A stretch of DNA of 62,866 nucleotides from a virus (lineage: Duplodnaviria > Caudoviricetes). Positions 28,942 to 38,313 of the stretch are shown piece by piece. Both the position numbers and the translations under genes were made by a program. Each line of letters opens with the position of its first letter. The stretch's first letter is position 1. The stretch covers positions 1-62,866 of IMG/VR virus record IMGVR_UViG_3300006030_000030. One strand, given 5' to 3'. The notes under the pieces were generated by a model, which worked only from the letters and a program-made list of their open reading frames with translations, had not been told where the DNA came from and did not search any database.

Positions 28942-29479
28942 CATGTTCCAACAGGACGCCGAGGCATTGACCCTGTCCGATGACGACATCAAGGGCGTTG
29001 CCGGATTGGCAAAAAGAGCCAAGGAGCTTAACAAGGAGATCGAGGACCTCGAGAAGACCTTGTCAGAGCGCAAGGACAACTACCGAAAACTGACTGAAGA
29101 ATCGCTGCCCGAGGCACTTGCCTCCATGGGCATGTCGAGTTTTCGCATGGACGATGGCAGCAGTATTGAGATCAAGCCCTTTTACGGGGCATCCATCAAA
29201 GCAGAACGTCAGGCAGAGGCTTTCGCTTGGCTTCGCGAACACGGTTACGATGACATCATCAAGAACACTGTGTCCGTGAGGTTTGGCAAAGGGGAGGATG
29301 AGCTGTGTGCTCGCCTTCTGCAGAACCTGAAAGGGACGGGCTTCATACCGGAGCAGGTCCAGAAGGTTGAGCCCATGACCCTCAAGGCATGGGTGAAGGA
29401 GCAGGTGGAGAAAGGCAGAGAGTTCCCAACGGAGCTTTTTGGCGCCTTCATCGGAAAAAAAGCAATCATCAAATCATAA
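28928..29479 (+). CDS. Conserved replication-module protein
   Basis: AFAWLREHG.DDIIKN..TLKAWVKEQ.E.G. Confidence 0.8.
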   Translation: MTLNDMFQQDAEALTLSDDDIKGVAGLAKRAKELNKEIEDLEKTLSERKDNYRKLTEESLPEALASMGMSSFRMDDGSSIEIKPFYGASIKAERQAEAFAWLREHGYDDIIKNTVSVRFGKGEDELCARLLQNLKGTGFIPEQVQKVEPMTLKAWVKEQVEKGREFPTELFGAFIGKKAIIKS

Positions 29480-29494
29480 ACAGGAAACGCGATC

Positions 29495-30268
29495 ATGACG
29501 AAGAGACAAGAAATGCAGAACGCCGAAACCGAAACTCAACTGCCGGCGCTGGCCGGTGCTTTTGAACAGGATGCCAATGGCGGCTTTGATGGGATGGGGC
29601 AGGAGGATATGGCCCTTCCTTTCCTGCGCCTGCTGGCGGCAAACTCTCCGGAGATCGGAGAACTGGAGGGCGCACTACCCGGCATGATTTACAACACCGT
29701 CACAGGAGAGTTGTACGACGGCAAGGTCGGCATCTGCGTCATTCCGTGTGCATACACTCGACAGTACATTGAGTGGTCACCCCGTGGACAGGGGACAGGA
29801 GCGCCTATCGCGGTCTACCCAGCGACCAGCGATATTCTTTCTCGCACGACCCGCGACAAGTCCAGCAACAAGGACTATCTCGACAACGGGAACTACATTG
29901 AGAACACGGCGAACCACTACGTGATGCTGTTGTCCAACAATGTACCCGAAGCCGCCCTGATCACCATGAAAGCCACGCAGCTGAAGAAGTCGCGCAAGTG
30001 GAACTCCATGATGATGTCCCTGAAGTCACAGGGCAGCTCTGGTCAGTACTTCACCCCGCCTATGTACTCCCAGCGTTACCTGCTTACCACTGTGGCAGAG
30101 AGCAACGACAAGGGTAAGTGGTACGGCTGGGAGATTACTCACCTCGGGCCAGTGCTTGATATGGAAGTCTACGGCGCCGCACGCGCCTTCTCACAGAGCA
30201 TTGCCTCTGGCAATGTAAATGTGAAACACTCAAATGACGAAGAAATGCAGTCATCCAGTGTGTTTTGA
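29495..30268 (+). CDS. Putative ssDNA-binding protein
   Basis: 257 aa; position before the primase; aromatic-rich with acidic C-terminus. Confidence 0.6.
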   Translation: MTKRQEMQNAETETQLPALAGAFEQDANGGFDGMGQEDMALPFLRLLAANSPEIGELEGALPGMIYNTVTGELYDGKVGICVIPCAYTRQYIEWSPRGQGTGAPIAVYPATSDILSRTTRDKSSNKDYLDNGNYIENTANHYVMLLSNNVPEAALITMKATQLKKSRKWNSMMMSLKSQGSSGQYFTPPMYSQRYLLTTVAESNDKGKWYGWEITHLGPVLDMEVYGAARAFSQSIASGNVNVKHSNDEEMQSSSVF

Positions 30269-30276
30269 TCCCAGCG

Positions 30277-30303
30277 GGGGGCCGCAAGGCCCCCTGTCTT
30301 TTT
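30277..30303 (+). terminator. Rho-independent terminator/attenuator
   Basis: GGGGGCC-GCAA-GGCCCCC followed by a T-rich tail. Confidence 0.7.
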
Positions 30304-30320
30304 ACTAGACAGAGATACTT

Positions 30321-31853
30321 ATGATGAAGCTTCAGCGCTTTATGGAAATCTTCGAGGGTCTCGACATCGCTTACGGGACCTACCGCATCGAAAAGGACAA
30401 AGACAATGGGAAGCGCGTAGGCAAGGCAGTTGTCGTGCGCCAGCCTCCGGTGGCACACGTATGGGAAGCCCACCTCAACGGCATCGAACCCGCACTGGGC
30501 ATTATCCCCATCCGCGCGGATAACTCCTGCACGTGGGGCACCATCGACATCGACCAATACCCCATAGACCACGCTGCCCTTGTGCAGAGAATTCGAACAC
30601 TGCAGCTGCCTCTTGTGGTGTGCCGCAGCAAGAGTGGAGGCGCACACTGCTTCCTCTTCGTGAAGACCCCAGTGCCCGCGGCCGACATGCAGGACTACCT
30701 CAAAGGTGCCGCTGCCCTGCTGGGAGAAGCTGGGCGAGAGATATTCCCCAAACAGACCGAGATTCTCGTAGAGCGGGGCGACACCGGCAACTTTCTGAAC
30801 CTTCCCTATTTTGCAGGGGAGAACACCACGCGCTACGCCATCCGTGATGACGGCACTGCCGCGTCCATGGCTGACTTCTTCCAGCTGTATGACACCTATG
30901 TGCAGGATGCGCCGCTCACGATCCCCGATGCACCAAAGGCCGCCGTCTCTCCTCTGAAGGATGCGCCGCCCTGCCTGCAGACTCTGTGTCAACAAGGGTT
31001 CCCTGAAGGCAGTCGCAATAATGGCCTGTTCAACCTCGGCATCTATCTGCACAAGGCCTTCGGTGAGAAGTGGGAAGAGAAGATGCTTGAGTACAACCAG
31101 AGCTATATGGCCCCGCCGCTGTCCCTGTCTGAAGTGCAGACGGTGATCAAGCAGCTGAAGAAGAAGGACTACCGCTACAAGTGCAAAGACGCACCCATCA
31201 ACAGTTTCTGCAACGCTTCGGTCTGCCGCACGCGCAAGCACGGCATTGGAGCAGATGCCCCGGACGCGCCACGCATGGCGGCGTTATCCAAGTACAACTC
31301 TGAACCCCCTTTGTGGTTCCTTGACGTCAACGCCCGTCGCGTGGAGCTGGACACCGATCAGTTGTTCAACCAGATGCAGTTTCAGCGCGTGTGCATGGAA
31401 CGGCTGAACCTTCTTCCGCCAACACTGCGCAGGCAGGACTGGGAGCAGACACTGAACCAACTGCTGCGCGAGATGGTGGAGATGGAACAGATCGTGGATG
31501 CGCCAGAAGACACCAGCGTAACCGGACGCTTCAATGACCTTCTGGAGGAATTCACCACGCACCTGCAGCAGGCATTGGACCGCGATGAGATGTTGTTGGG
31601 ACGCCCTTGGATAAACGAGGACGAGGTCAAGGTGTACTTCCGCATGAAAGACCTTGAGGCTCACCTGAAGCGCAACAACTTCACCCTGCTCAGTGCCCCA
31701 CGCATTGCACAGCGCATTCGCGATCTGAATGGCGAGCCGGTAAGCCTGTCACTCAAGGGCCGCGCTACGAGGTTGTGGCGCATGCCGGTCTTCGCCAAGC
31801 AGAGCGCTCCTTTTGATACCCCCACCGCTTACGCATCAGGAGCCCCGTTCTGA
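30321..31853 (+). CDS. AEP-superfamily primase with PriCT-like domain
   Basis: IDID, RSKSGGAH, GNFLNLPY, PPCL..EGSRN.GLF. Confidence 0.8.
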   Translation: MMKLQRFMEIFEGLDIAYGTYRIEKDKDNGKRVGKAVVVRQPPVAHVWEAHLNGIEPALGIIPIRADNSCTWGTIDIDQYPIDHAALVQRIRTLQLPLVVCRSKSGGAHCFLFVKTPVPAADMQDYLKGAAALLGEAGREIFPKQTEILVERGDTGNFLNLPYFAGENTTRYAIRDDGTAASMADFFQLYDTYVQDAPLTIPDAPKAAVSPLKDAPPCLQTLCQQGFPEGSRNNGLFNLGIYLHKAFGEKWEEKMLEYNQSYMAPPLSLSEVQTVIKQLKKKDYRYKCKDAPINSFCNASVCRTRKHGIGADAPDAPRMAALSKYNSEPPLWFLDVNARRVELDTDQLFNQMQFQRVCMERLNLLPPTLRRQDWEQTLNQLLREMVEMEQIVDAPEDTSVTGRFNDLLEEFTTHLQQALDRDEMLLGRPWINEDEVKVYFRMKDLEAHLKRNNFTLLSAPRIAQRIRDLNGEPVSLSLKGRATRLWRMPVFAKQSAPFDTPTAYASGAPF

Positions 31854-33358
31854 TGGACACTGCCTCTACGACCAAGGTCTTTGGCCCTCCGGGCAGCGGG
31901 AAAACCACCTACCTGCTCAATGTCGTCGAGCTGGAGCTACAGCAAGGCACCTCGCCTCTGCAGATCGGCTACTTCGCTTTCACCCGCAAAGCGGCGACCG
32001 AGGCTCGAGACCGGGCAATATCCAAGTTCCCACAGCTCAACGCGCAGCATGACTTTCCGTGGTTCCGGACACTGCACAGTCTGGCCTACCACTGCTTGGC
32101 GGTGAGCAGAAAGGACATGATGCAGCCGGAGAACTTCAATGAGTTCGCCCGGGAAACGGGGCTGGACATCAAGGTGTCGGCCGGAGAGGAAGACTTTCTG
32201 GTCAATACTGACCACCCTATTCTCAACCAGATCAACACCGCCCGTATTCGCGGACAAGACCTTCGCACGCACTACAACAACAGCAAAATCGAGATAGAGT
32301 GGTATCACTTCGAGTACGTGGAGCGCGCCTACCGGCAGTACAAGCAGCGCACCGGACTTCTGGATTTCACCGACCTTCTTGAGAAGCTGCTGGAGGTGCC
32401 AGAGCGCCTGCCTACACTGGATGCTCTAATCATCGATGAGGCACAGGACCTCTCCCGCATACAGTGGAGACTGGTCTCTGCACTGGCGCGGCGTAGCAAG
32501 CGTTTTTTTATAGCAGGGGATGATGACCAAGCACTGTACGCTTGGGCCGGGGCCGACGTGGACAGCTTCCTGTCCTGTGACGGCAGTGTCGTTATTCTCG
32601 ACCAGTCCTACCGCGTGCCCGCAAAAGTACACGCCCTCGCTGATACCGTTGTGCGACGAATCCGACACCGCCAGCCCAAGACATGGAAACCCCGCGAAGA
32701 ACAGGGCGACGTGCGCTTCTACAACCGCTATGAGCACGTGGATATGTCAAAAGGCGAGTGGCTGGTGCTGGCCGCTGCCAACTACATGCTTAATGACGTG
32801 CATGCGTGGCTGCTCTCACAGGGGCTGTTGTTCGAACGACATGGCACGCGGTCGCTGCCAGACTCCATCCTGCAGGCAGTTTCTGCGTGGGAGTTTATGC
32901 GCAAGGGCAATCCGATTACCTCCCAACAGGTCAAGGCAGTCTACAAGTACCTTGGCAGCAACGTGAAGCGCGGATCGCGGCCCGTGGCCTCCTTGTCCGA
33001 TGACAACCTGTACACCATGGACTACCTCAAGCAACACCATGGCCTGTTGACCGATGACATCTGGCACAAGGCGCTGGTGAAGATCGGGGAGGAAAAACGC
33101 AGCTACATCATCGCAATGCTTCGACGCGGAATCCGTATCGGCAGCACGCCCCTGATTCGACTGTCCACGATCCACGGTGCCAAGGGAGGGGAGGCAGACA
33201 ACGTGCTGCTGATTACGGACCTCTCCAGCAAGTTCTCTCATGAGTACGCCGTCAACCCTGACAACATCAACCGAATTCTGTACGTCGGCATCACCCGGAC
33301 ACGGCAGAGCCTGCACATCATTCAACCCAAGAACGTACAAAGAGGTTTCCACCTGTGA
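31853..33358 (+). CDS. UvrD/Rep-like SF1 helicase
   Basis: GPPGSGKT, IDEAQD, GDDDQ, QSYR, STIHGAKGGEAD, YVGITR. Confidence 0.92.
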   Translation: MDTASTTKVFGPPGSGKTTYLLNVVELELQQGTSPLQIGYFAFTRKAATEARDRAISKFPQLNAQHDFPWFRTLHSLAYHCLAVSRKDMMQPENFNEFARETGLDIKVSAGEEDFLVNTDHPILNQINTARIRGQDLRTHYNNSKIEIEWYHFEYVERAYRQYKQRTGLLDFTDLLEKLLEVPERLPTLDALIIDEAQDLSRIQWRLVSALARRSKRFFIAGDDDQALYAWAGADVDSFLSCDGSVVILDQSYRVPAKVHALADTVVRRIRHRQPKTWKPREEQGDVRFYNRYEHVDMSKGEWLVLAAANYMLNDVHAWLLSQGLLFERHGTRSLPDSILQAVSAWEFMRKGNPITSQQVKAVYKYLGSNVKRGSRPVASLSDDNLYTMDYLKQHHGLLTDDIWHKALVKIGEEKRSYIIAMLRRGIRIGSTPLIRLSTIHGAKGGEADNVLLITDLSSKFSHEYAVNPDNINRILYVGITRTRQSLHIIQPKNVQRGFHL

Positions 33359-35220
33359 GACAGAACCCGCTCTTTCCTCCCCACTGCGAGTGGATTCCCC
33401 CGGACAGTTTTCCGGACCTCAGTGGTGCCAAAGAAATCGCCATCGACCTTGAGACACGGGACGAGAATCTGGAGAGCTACGGCCCCGGATGGCCCCGTAA
33501 TGATGGGTATGTGGTCGGATACGCCATCGCAGTGGAGGGCTGGTGCGGGTACTTCCCCGTGGCCCATGAGGGAGGAGGCAATCTGGACAAGGGGGCTGTT
33601 GAGCGCTGGGTGAGCCGGATACTGGCGCTGGAGTGTCCAAAGGTGATGCACAACGCCGCCTATGACTTGGGCTGGCTTCTGGCCTGCGGCTTCAAGGTCA
33701 ACGGAACCATCATTGACACCATGATTGCCGCGGCCTGTCTGGACGAGAATCGCATGTCCTACAGCCTTAACTCACTGGGGTTTGATTACCTCCAGCAGAC
33801 CAAGAGTGAGCAAGGCCTGCGGGACGCGGCCCGGGACTTCGGGGTGCATCCCAAGAAGGAACTGTGGAGACTTCCGGCAATGTACGTGGGCGAGTATGCA
33901 GAGGCGGACGCAGAGCTGACGCTGAAGCTGTGGCAGTGCTTCAAGCCCCTGCTTCGTCGTGAGGACGTGGAATCTGTGTTTGATCTGGAAACGCGCGTGC
34001 TGCCTGTGCTGGTCAACATGACGCTGCAGGGGGTTCGCTTTGATCGAGAACGTGCGCTGTCCCTGATTGAGGAGATGACCTCACGGGAGAAACAGCTTCT
34101 GGCCGACATTCGAAGCACAGCCACGATGCCGGTGGACGTGTGGGCCGCCGCCTCCATCGCCAAGGCCTTTGACAAGCTGGGGCTTGCCTACCCGCGCACT
34201 GAGACAGGGCTTCCCAGCTTCACCAAGACGTTCTTGGACGGACTTGATCACCCGCTGTCGAAGGCCATCGTAGAGGCGCGAGAGCTGAACAAGACCTATG
34301 GCACGTTCCTGCAACCCTATCTGGACCTGTCTGAACACGACGGCCGCATTCACCCACATATCAACCAGCTGCGCTCTGATGACGGTGGCACCGTAACAGG
34401 CAGGCTCAGTATGAATTCGCCAAACCTTCAGCAAGTGCCAGCACGCCACGAAGTGATTGGCCCGCTTGTTCGCAGCCTTTTTCTTCCAGAAGAAGGGGAG
34501 CTGTGGGCGTCGTGTGACTTCTCGTCGCAAGAACCGCGGCTCTTGGTCCACTACGCCACGCTCTTGGGGCTGCCGGGCAGCGAGGTGATGCAGGCCGCGT
34601 ATCTCAAGGACCCACGCACTGACTTTCACCAGATGGTGGCCGACATGGCCGGCATCAAACGCAAGCAGGCGAAGACAGTGGGCTTGGGCCTCACGTATGG
34701 CATGGGCAAGCAGAAGCTCGCCGACTCGCTCGACATGAGCGTTGATGAGGCCAGTGCGCTGATCACACTCTTCCACCAGAAGGTGCCGTTCCTGCGCAGT
34801 ACCATCGACGCGGTCATGCGTCGCATCGAAAGTCCCGCATCAGGCGGCGCGATCCGTACACTGCTCGGACGCAAGTGCCGTTTCCCGCTCTTCGAACCGG
34901 TGCAGTGGGGCGTCAACAAGGCTCTGCCCTATGAACAGGCGGTCATTGAATACGGCCCACGGGTCAAACGGGCAATGACGTACAAAGGGCTGAACCGCCT
35001 GATCCAAGGCTCTGCTGCCGATCAGACCAAGATGGCCATGGTCAAGCTGCATGAGGCAGGTTTCAACATCAAGCTACAGCTGCACGATGAGATCGTGGTT
35101 AGCGTGAAGACCCGTGAGGAGGCAGAAGAGGTAGGCAGGATAATGGCCACTGCCGTGGAGCTGGCCATCCCTTCCGTAGTAGACGTGGAGGTGGGGGAAA
35201 ACTGGGGGTCTGCAAAATAA
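33355..35220 (+). CDS. polA: Family A DNA polymerase (3'-5' exonuclease + polymerase, no 5'-3' exonuclease)
   Basis: IDLET, HNAAYD, TGRLS..PNLQQ, DFSSQEPR, motif B RKQAKTVGLGLTYG, NRLIQGSAAD, LHDEI. Confidence 0.95.
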   Translation: MRQNPLFPPHCEWIPPDSFPDLSGAKEIAIDLETRDENLESYGPGWPRNDGYVVGYAIAVEGWCGYFPVAHEGGGNLDKGAVERWVSRILALECPKVMHNAAYDLGWLLACGFKVNGTIIDTMIAAACLDENRMSYSLNSLGFDYLQQTKSEQGLRDAARDFGVHPKKELWRLPAMYVGEYAEADAELTLKLWQCFKPLLRREDVESVFDLETRVLPVLVNMTLQGVRFDRERALSLIEEMTSREKQLLADIRSTATMPVDVWAAASIAKAFDKLGLAYPRTETGLPSFTKTFLDGLDHPLSKAIVEARELNKTYGTFLQPYLDLSEHDGRIHPHINQLRSDDGGTVTGRLSMNSPNLQQVPARHEVIGPLVRSLFLPEEGELWASCDFSSQEPRLLVHYATLLGLPGSEVMQAAYLKDPRTDFHQMVADMAGIKRKQAKTVGLGLTYGMGKQKLADSLDMSVDEASALITLFHQKVPFLRSTIDAVMRRIESPASGGAIRTLLGRKCRFPLFEPVQWGVNKALPYEQAVIEYGPRVKRAMTYKGLNRLIQGSAADQTKMAMVKLHEAGFNIKLQLHDEIVVSVKTREEAEEVGRIMATAVELAIPSVVDVEVGENWGSAK

Positions 35221-35225
35221 CCTGC

Positions 35226-35250
35226 AAAGGGGGGCTTGACCCCCTTTTTT
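35226..35250 (+). terminator. Terminator after polA, overlapping a possible -35 (TTGACC)
   Basis: AAAGGGGG..CCCCCTTT hairpin with T run. Confidence 0.6.
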
Positions 35251-35298
35251 CATGTGTTATATGATACATAAAAAGCAGTAAATCAGAAAGGAGAGCAA

Positions 35299-35586
35299 AT
35301 GGCAGGCACAAGGACTAAGGCAAAGAGGAAAAAGGCGGACAAACTGCCTCCAGATCCCTCTTGGAGGAAGCCCACTTCCCCCAGCAGGAGGAAAGAACCG
35401 TGGACCACGATCATATTGCGTGCTCCGGTGTACACCATGATCCGCGAACTGGCAGACCACCATGACGTTGCCATGGGCGAAGTTGTCCGTGTTCTGGTGG
35501 AACACGAGTTCAAGAAAACCCTCTGGAAGATTCAACAGGAAGAGGTGCGTGCAGCACGCGGAGGAGATGTCGTTGACAAAGCATAA
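35299..35586 (+). CDS. Hypothetical protein, possible ribbon-helix-helix
   Basis: 95 aa, AAAGGAG RBS. Confidence 0.65.
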   Translation: MAGTRTKAKRKKADKLPPDPSWRKPTSPSRRKEPWTTIILRAPVYTMIRELADHHDVAMGEVVRVLVEHEFKKTLWKIQQEEVRAARGGDVVDKA

Positions 35587-35794
35587 TACGTTTCTTGAAT
35601 TGCCGGTGGAAGTGGTGTACAAAATACTCCCTGCCCTGACAAGGGACGGCGAACCGTGGTTACCAGAACAAGTCGATATCCAGAAAGTCATACTGAAGAG
35701 AAAGAAGAAGGGAAGACAGATCGATGTGCTCAGTGTGCTTGAAGAAGGTGCCTTGTTAACACTTGAAGATCAAATAATGGAGTCCCTGCAATGA
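35567..35794 (+). CDS. Hypothetical protein
   Basis: ATG 35567 after GGAGGAG. Confidence 0.6.
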   Translation: MSLTKHNTFLELPVEVVYKILPALTRDGEPWLPEQVDIQKVILKRKKKGRQIDVLSVLEEGALLTLEDQIMESLQ

Positions 35795-35967
35795 ACGATG
35801 CAATGAACGATGCCCGCACACTGGTACAGCTTGTCACCTTCCACGCGCTACTGCAGCGCGAGGACGTGAAGATTTTCAGCTCGGCAAGGGCGGATGATCA
35901 GTTGATGTCCGCGGTGCTACACCTCTCAGACAAGTACATGGAAAAGGTGGTGGGCGATGCTGTATGA
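35791..35967 (+). CDS. Hypothetical protein (58 aa, not in the ORF track)
   Basis: ATGA-coupled at both ends; starts MNDAMNDAR from a 12-bp duplication. Confidence 0.55.
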   Translation: MNDAMNDARTLVQLVTFHALLQREDVKIFSSARADDQLMSAVLHLSDKYMEKVVGDAV

Positions 35968-36161
35968 AGTCATGTGCAGAGTACCCTGATGAAGACGAGT
36001 CTGCGCAATGGCGGCATGCGCGACGATACAAACGAACCTTGGCCCGCCACCCGGACTGCAGAGACCCGGATCATCCGGGTTGCGAATGTTGTGAGGAACA
36101 GGAAAATGTCGATACAGAAGATCAAGGACAAGTGGTACAGGCTGGACGTGGGATTCGGTGA
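35964..36161 (+). CDS. Small Cys/His-containing protein (HPDCRDPDHPGC)
   Basis: 65 aa, ATGA-coupled. Confidence 0.6.
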   Translation: MKSCAEYPDEDESAQWRHARRYKRTLARHPDCRDPDHPGCECCEEQENVDTEDQGQVVQAGRGIR

Positions 36162-36252
36162 AGAAAGACTTACCTTTTTCGGATACAGTAGGGAACAGGT
36201 TCGGCACCGGTGGGAAGCGTGGGTGCGCTCCTATGACCTGTCCAAACTGTGA
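36106..36252 (+). CDS. Small hypothetical protein
   Basis: ATG 36106 after GAGGA; LTFFGYSREQV. Confidence 0.5.
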   Translation: MSIQKIKDKWYRLDVGFGEERLTFFGYSREQVRHRWEAWVRSYDLSKL

Positions 36253-36356
36253 GAGCAGTACCGTCCGGCAGCGGACCTGCCGGCGCTCCTCCCTTCCGCT
36301 TGGGTGAGCAGTTGGGGGGAGTGTTTATAAACAGAAAGCTAGAAAGGAGAACAACT

Positions 36357-36785
36357 GTGAGAATCATTCAAGAAGTCGAGCGCGACACCGGACAGCCCTT
36401 TGAAGAGATGGTGCGGCTGTACGCCCGAGAGATGCAGGTCACGATGACAGAGGCAGCGCTGCTGCTGGGCTACTCCAGTCACGCTGCGTTTATTCGCCTG
36501 TGCAGGCGCAGGGGTTGGGACAAGTGGTTTGAGGGCAACCTGCCGCGCAAGCCTGATCGCGTGTACAGCAGCGAGCACAACATGGGCAGCCCTTCTGCCA
36601 TTTATATCGAACTGGACGGAATCACCGACACGCTGGTGGGGCATGGCCGCAGGCTGGGCATACCGAAAAGCACGGTGTATGGGAGACAGGCTAGGCGTCC
36701 GGGAGATTGGGAATACGTGTTCCGTAAAGTAAAACACAATTCGCCGCGCAGGACGTGTAAGCCTGCGGTATGGGTAAAACTATGA
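36357..36785 (+). CDS. Putative HTH DNA-binding protein
   Basis: GTG start after AAAGGAG; TMTEAALLLGYS and RLGIPKSTVYGR HTH-like segments. Confidence 0.6.
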   Translation: MRIIQEVERDTGQPFEEMVRLYAREMQVTMTEAALLLGYSSHAAFIRLCRRRGWDKWFEGNLPRKPDRVYSSEHNMGSPSAIYIELDGITDTLVGHGRRLGIPKSTVYGRQARRPGDWEYVFRKVKHNSPRRTCKPAVWVKL

Positions 36786-36831
36786 ACAGACAAGAATTCA
36801 ACCCGAAAGCAGGATTTTATCAGGGGGTAAT

Positions 36832-37380
36832 ATGATTACAGTATCCCTCAACGAAATTCGAGACCACAGACCGTGCAAAAACGGCTGGGAAACTCTGCTT
36901 AAGTCCAAAACAAACGAAGACTGGAACGAGCAGTTTCCGCTGTCAGACATTATCGACAGCAATGGGCTTGACGACGCACTGTGGTGCTTGAAAGTGAGAC
37001 AAGATCACTCAAATCTGTGGCGCAAGTACGCCGTCTGGTGCGCTCGACAAGTTGAGCACCTAATGACAGATGAGCGCAGCAAAGCCGCGCTTGATGTCGC
37101 GTGGCGTCACTCAGAAGGGCAGGCGACAGACGAAGAGATTGCTGCTGCGTGGGCTGCTGCGGTGGCTGCTACGCAGGTTGCTACGCAGGTTGCTGCGGGG
37201 GCTGCGGGGGCTGCGGGGGCTGCGGGGGCTGCTGAGGCTGCGTGGGCAGCTCAGGCTGCTGCTAAGGCTGCTGCGGGGGCTGCTGCGGCTGCTGCGGCTG
37301 CTGCGGAGGATGCGTGGGCTGCGCGGGGGGCACAGGAAAAGAAGCTGCGGGAAATACTTCAAGCGGGGGAGTGGGTATGA
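36832..37380 (+). CDS. Phage protein with Ala-rich AW/AG repeat tract
   Basis: 182 aa; GCTGCGGGG tandem repeats in the coding region. Confidence 0.75.
   Translation: MITVSLNEIRDHRPCKNGWETLLKSKTNEDWNEQFPLSDIIDSNGLDDALWCLKVRQDHSNLWRKYAVWCARQVEHLMTDERSKAALDVAWRHSEGQATDEEIAAAWAAAVAATQVATQVAAGAAGAAGAAGAAEAAWAAQAAAKAAAGAAAAAAAAAEDAWAARGAQEKKLREILQAGEWV
37141..37325 (+). repeat. GCT-rich coding tandem repeats
   Basis: 9-bp GCTGCGGGG run and 12-bp GCTACGCAGGTT x2. Confidence 0.8.
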
Positions 37381-37904
37381 ACAGACAAGAATTCAACGAT
37401 TGGCTAAAAACCAAAAACGCCTTCCCTCACGCCACAGGCTTATCGGTAGCACAGTGGTGCGACCAGAACCCTGATCTATCAGTGCAGGAGCTGATAGCTG
37501 CATGTCCACGGGGTGAGTGGATACTTTGGTTTTACTCCAAGGCCGGCTACGCACCTGAGGTGCTGGCCCCAGTCGCTTATCGTGCAGCAACTAGGGCGAT
37601 GGGATACGCCGCTGATGCGCTGGATCGTGCTGGCATACAGCACGGGCTGCGCGGGATGGTCATCACCGATACTGAGTCAGCGCGGGTTGCTGAGAGGGCT
37701 GCTGCTAAGGCTGAGAGGGCTGCGTGGGCAGCTCAGGCTGCTGCGTTGGCTGCTGCGCGGGCTGATGTTGAGGCTGCTGAGGCTGCGTGGGCTGCTGCGT
37801 GGGCTGCTACGCGGGCTGCTGCTGAGGATGCTGTGGACGCTGAACACAAACTATGTGCAGACGACTGCCGAGAGCTGCTGCCGGAATTGAGGATTGAGAT
37901 ATGA
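37377..37904 (+). CDS. Second Ala-rich repeat protein
   Basis: ATG 37377 (MNRQEF); shares GCT tract sequence with the upstream gene. Confidence 0.7.
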   Translation: MNRQEFNDWLKTKNAFPHATGLSVAQWCDQNPDLSVQELIAACPRGEWILWFYSKAGYAPEVLAPVAYRAATRAMGYAADALDRAGIQHGLRGMVITDTESARVAERAAAKAERAAWAAQAAALAAARADVEAAEAAWAAAWAATRAAAEDAVDAEHKLCADDCRELLPELRIEI

Positions 37905-37923
37905 ACCGCAATGGGGAGTGGGT

Positions 37924-38115
37924 ATGAACAATAGAGATATATTTTTGGCGTTCTGGCTAGGTGTAATCCTTACACTAGTCGTCTTTATGTTACTGGATTC
38001 GATGCCCGGGTCGTACAGATCACTGGCGGTGAAATCCTTAGCAGAGTGCGAGAAAACGCTGCCGCGCAATAAGCAGTGTGTTGTAACGGCCATTCCAGAG
38101 GAGGAAAGCAAATGA
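37924..38115 (+). CDS. Small membrane protein
   Basis: ATG 37924; N-terminal TM; C..LPRN..C. Confidence 0.65.
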   Translation: MNNRDIFLAFWLGVILTLVVFMLLDSMPGSYRSLAVKSLAECEKTLPRNKQCVVTAIPEEESK

Positions 38116-38294
38116 AAACAAAAAAAGAAATACTCGCTATAGCCGAAGAACAAAAGCAGCGGGCCGTATTCATACTGAACACCGTGTTCCTAAAGAATCC
38201 ACCGGAGTATGAAAATAGTGCTGCAACAGCTTTTGTAGACGCTATAGTGTCCGCAGCAATGCTTGAAATTACCGCCGCTCTAACCTGCGCTTGA
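38112..38294 (+). CDS. Hypothetical protein
   Basis: ATG 38112 after GAGGAGG. Confidence 0.6.
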   Translation: MKTKKEILAIAEEQKQRAVFILNTVFLKNPPEYENSAATAFVDAIVSAAMLEITAALTCA

Positions 38295-38313
38295 AAGTTG
38301 AGGAGGAAAGCAG

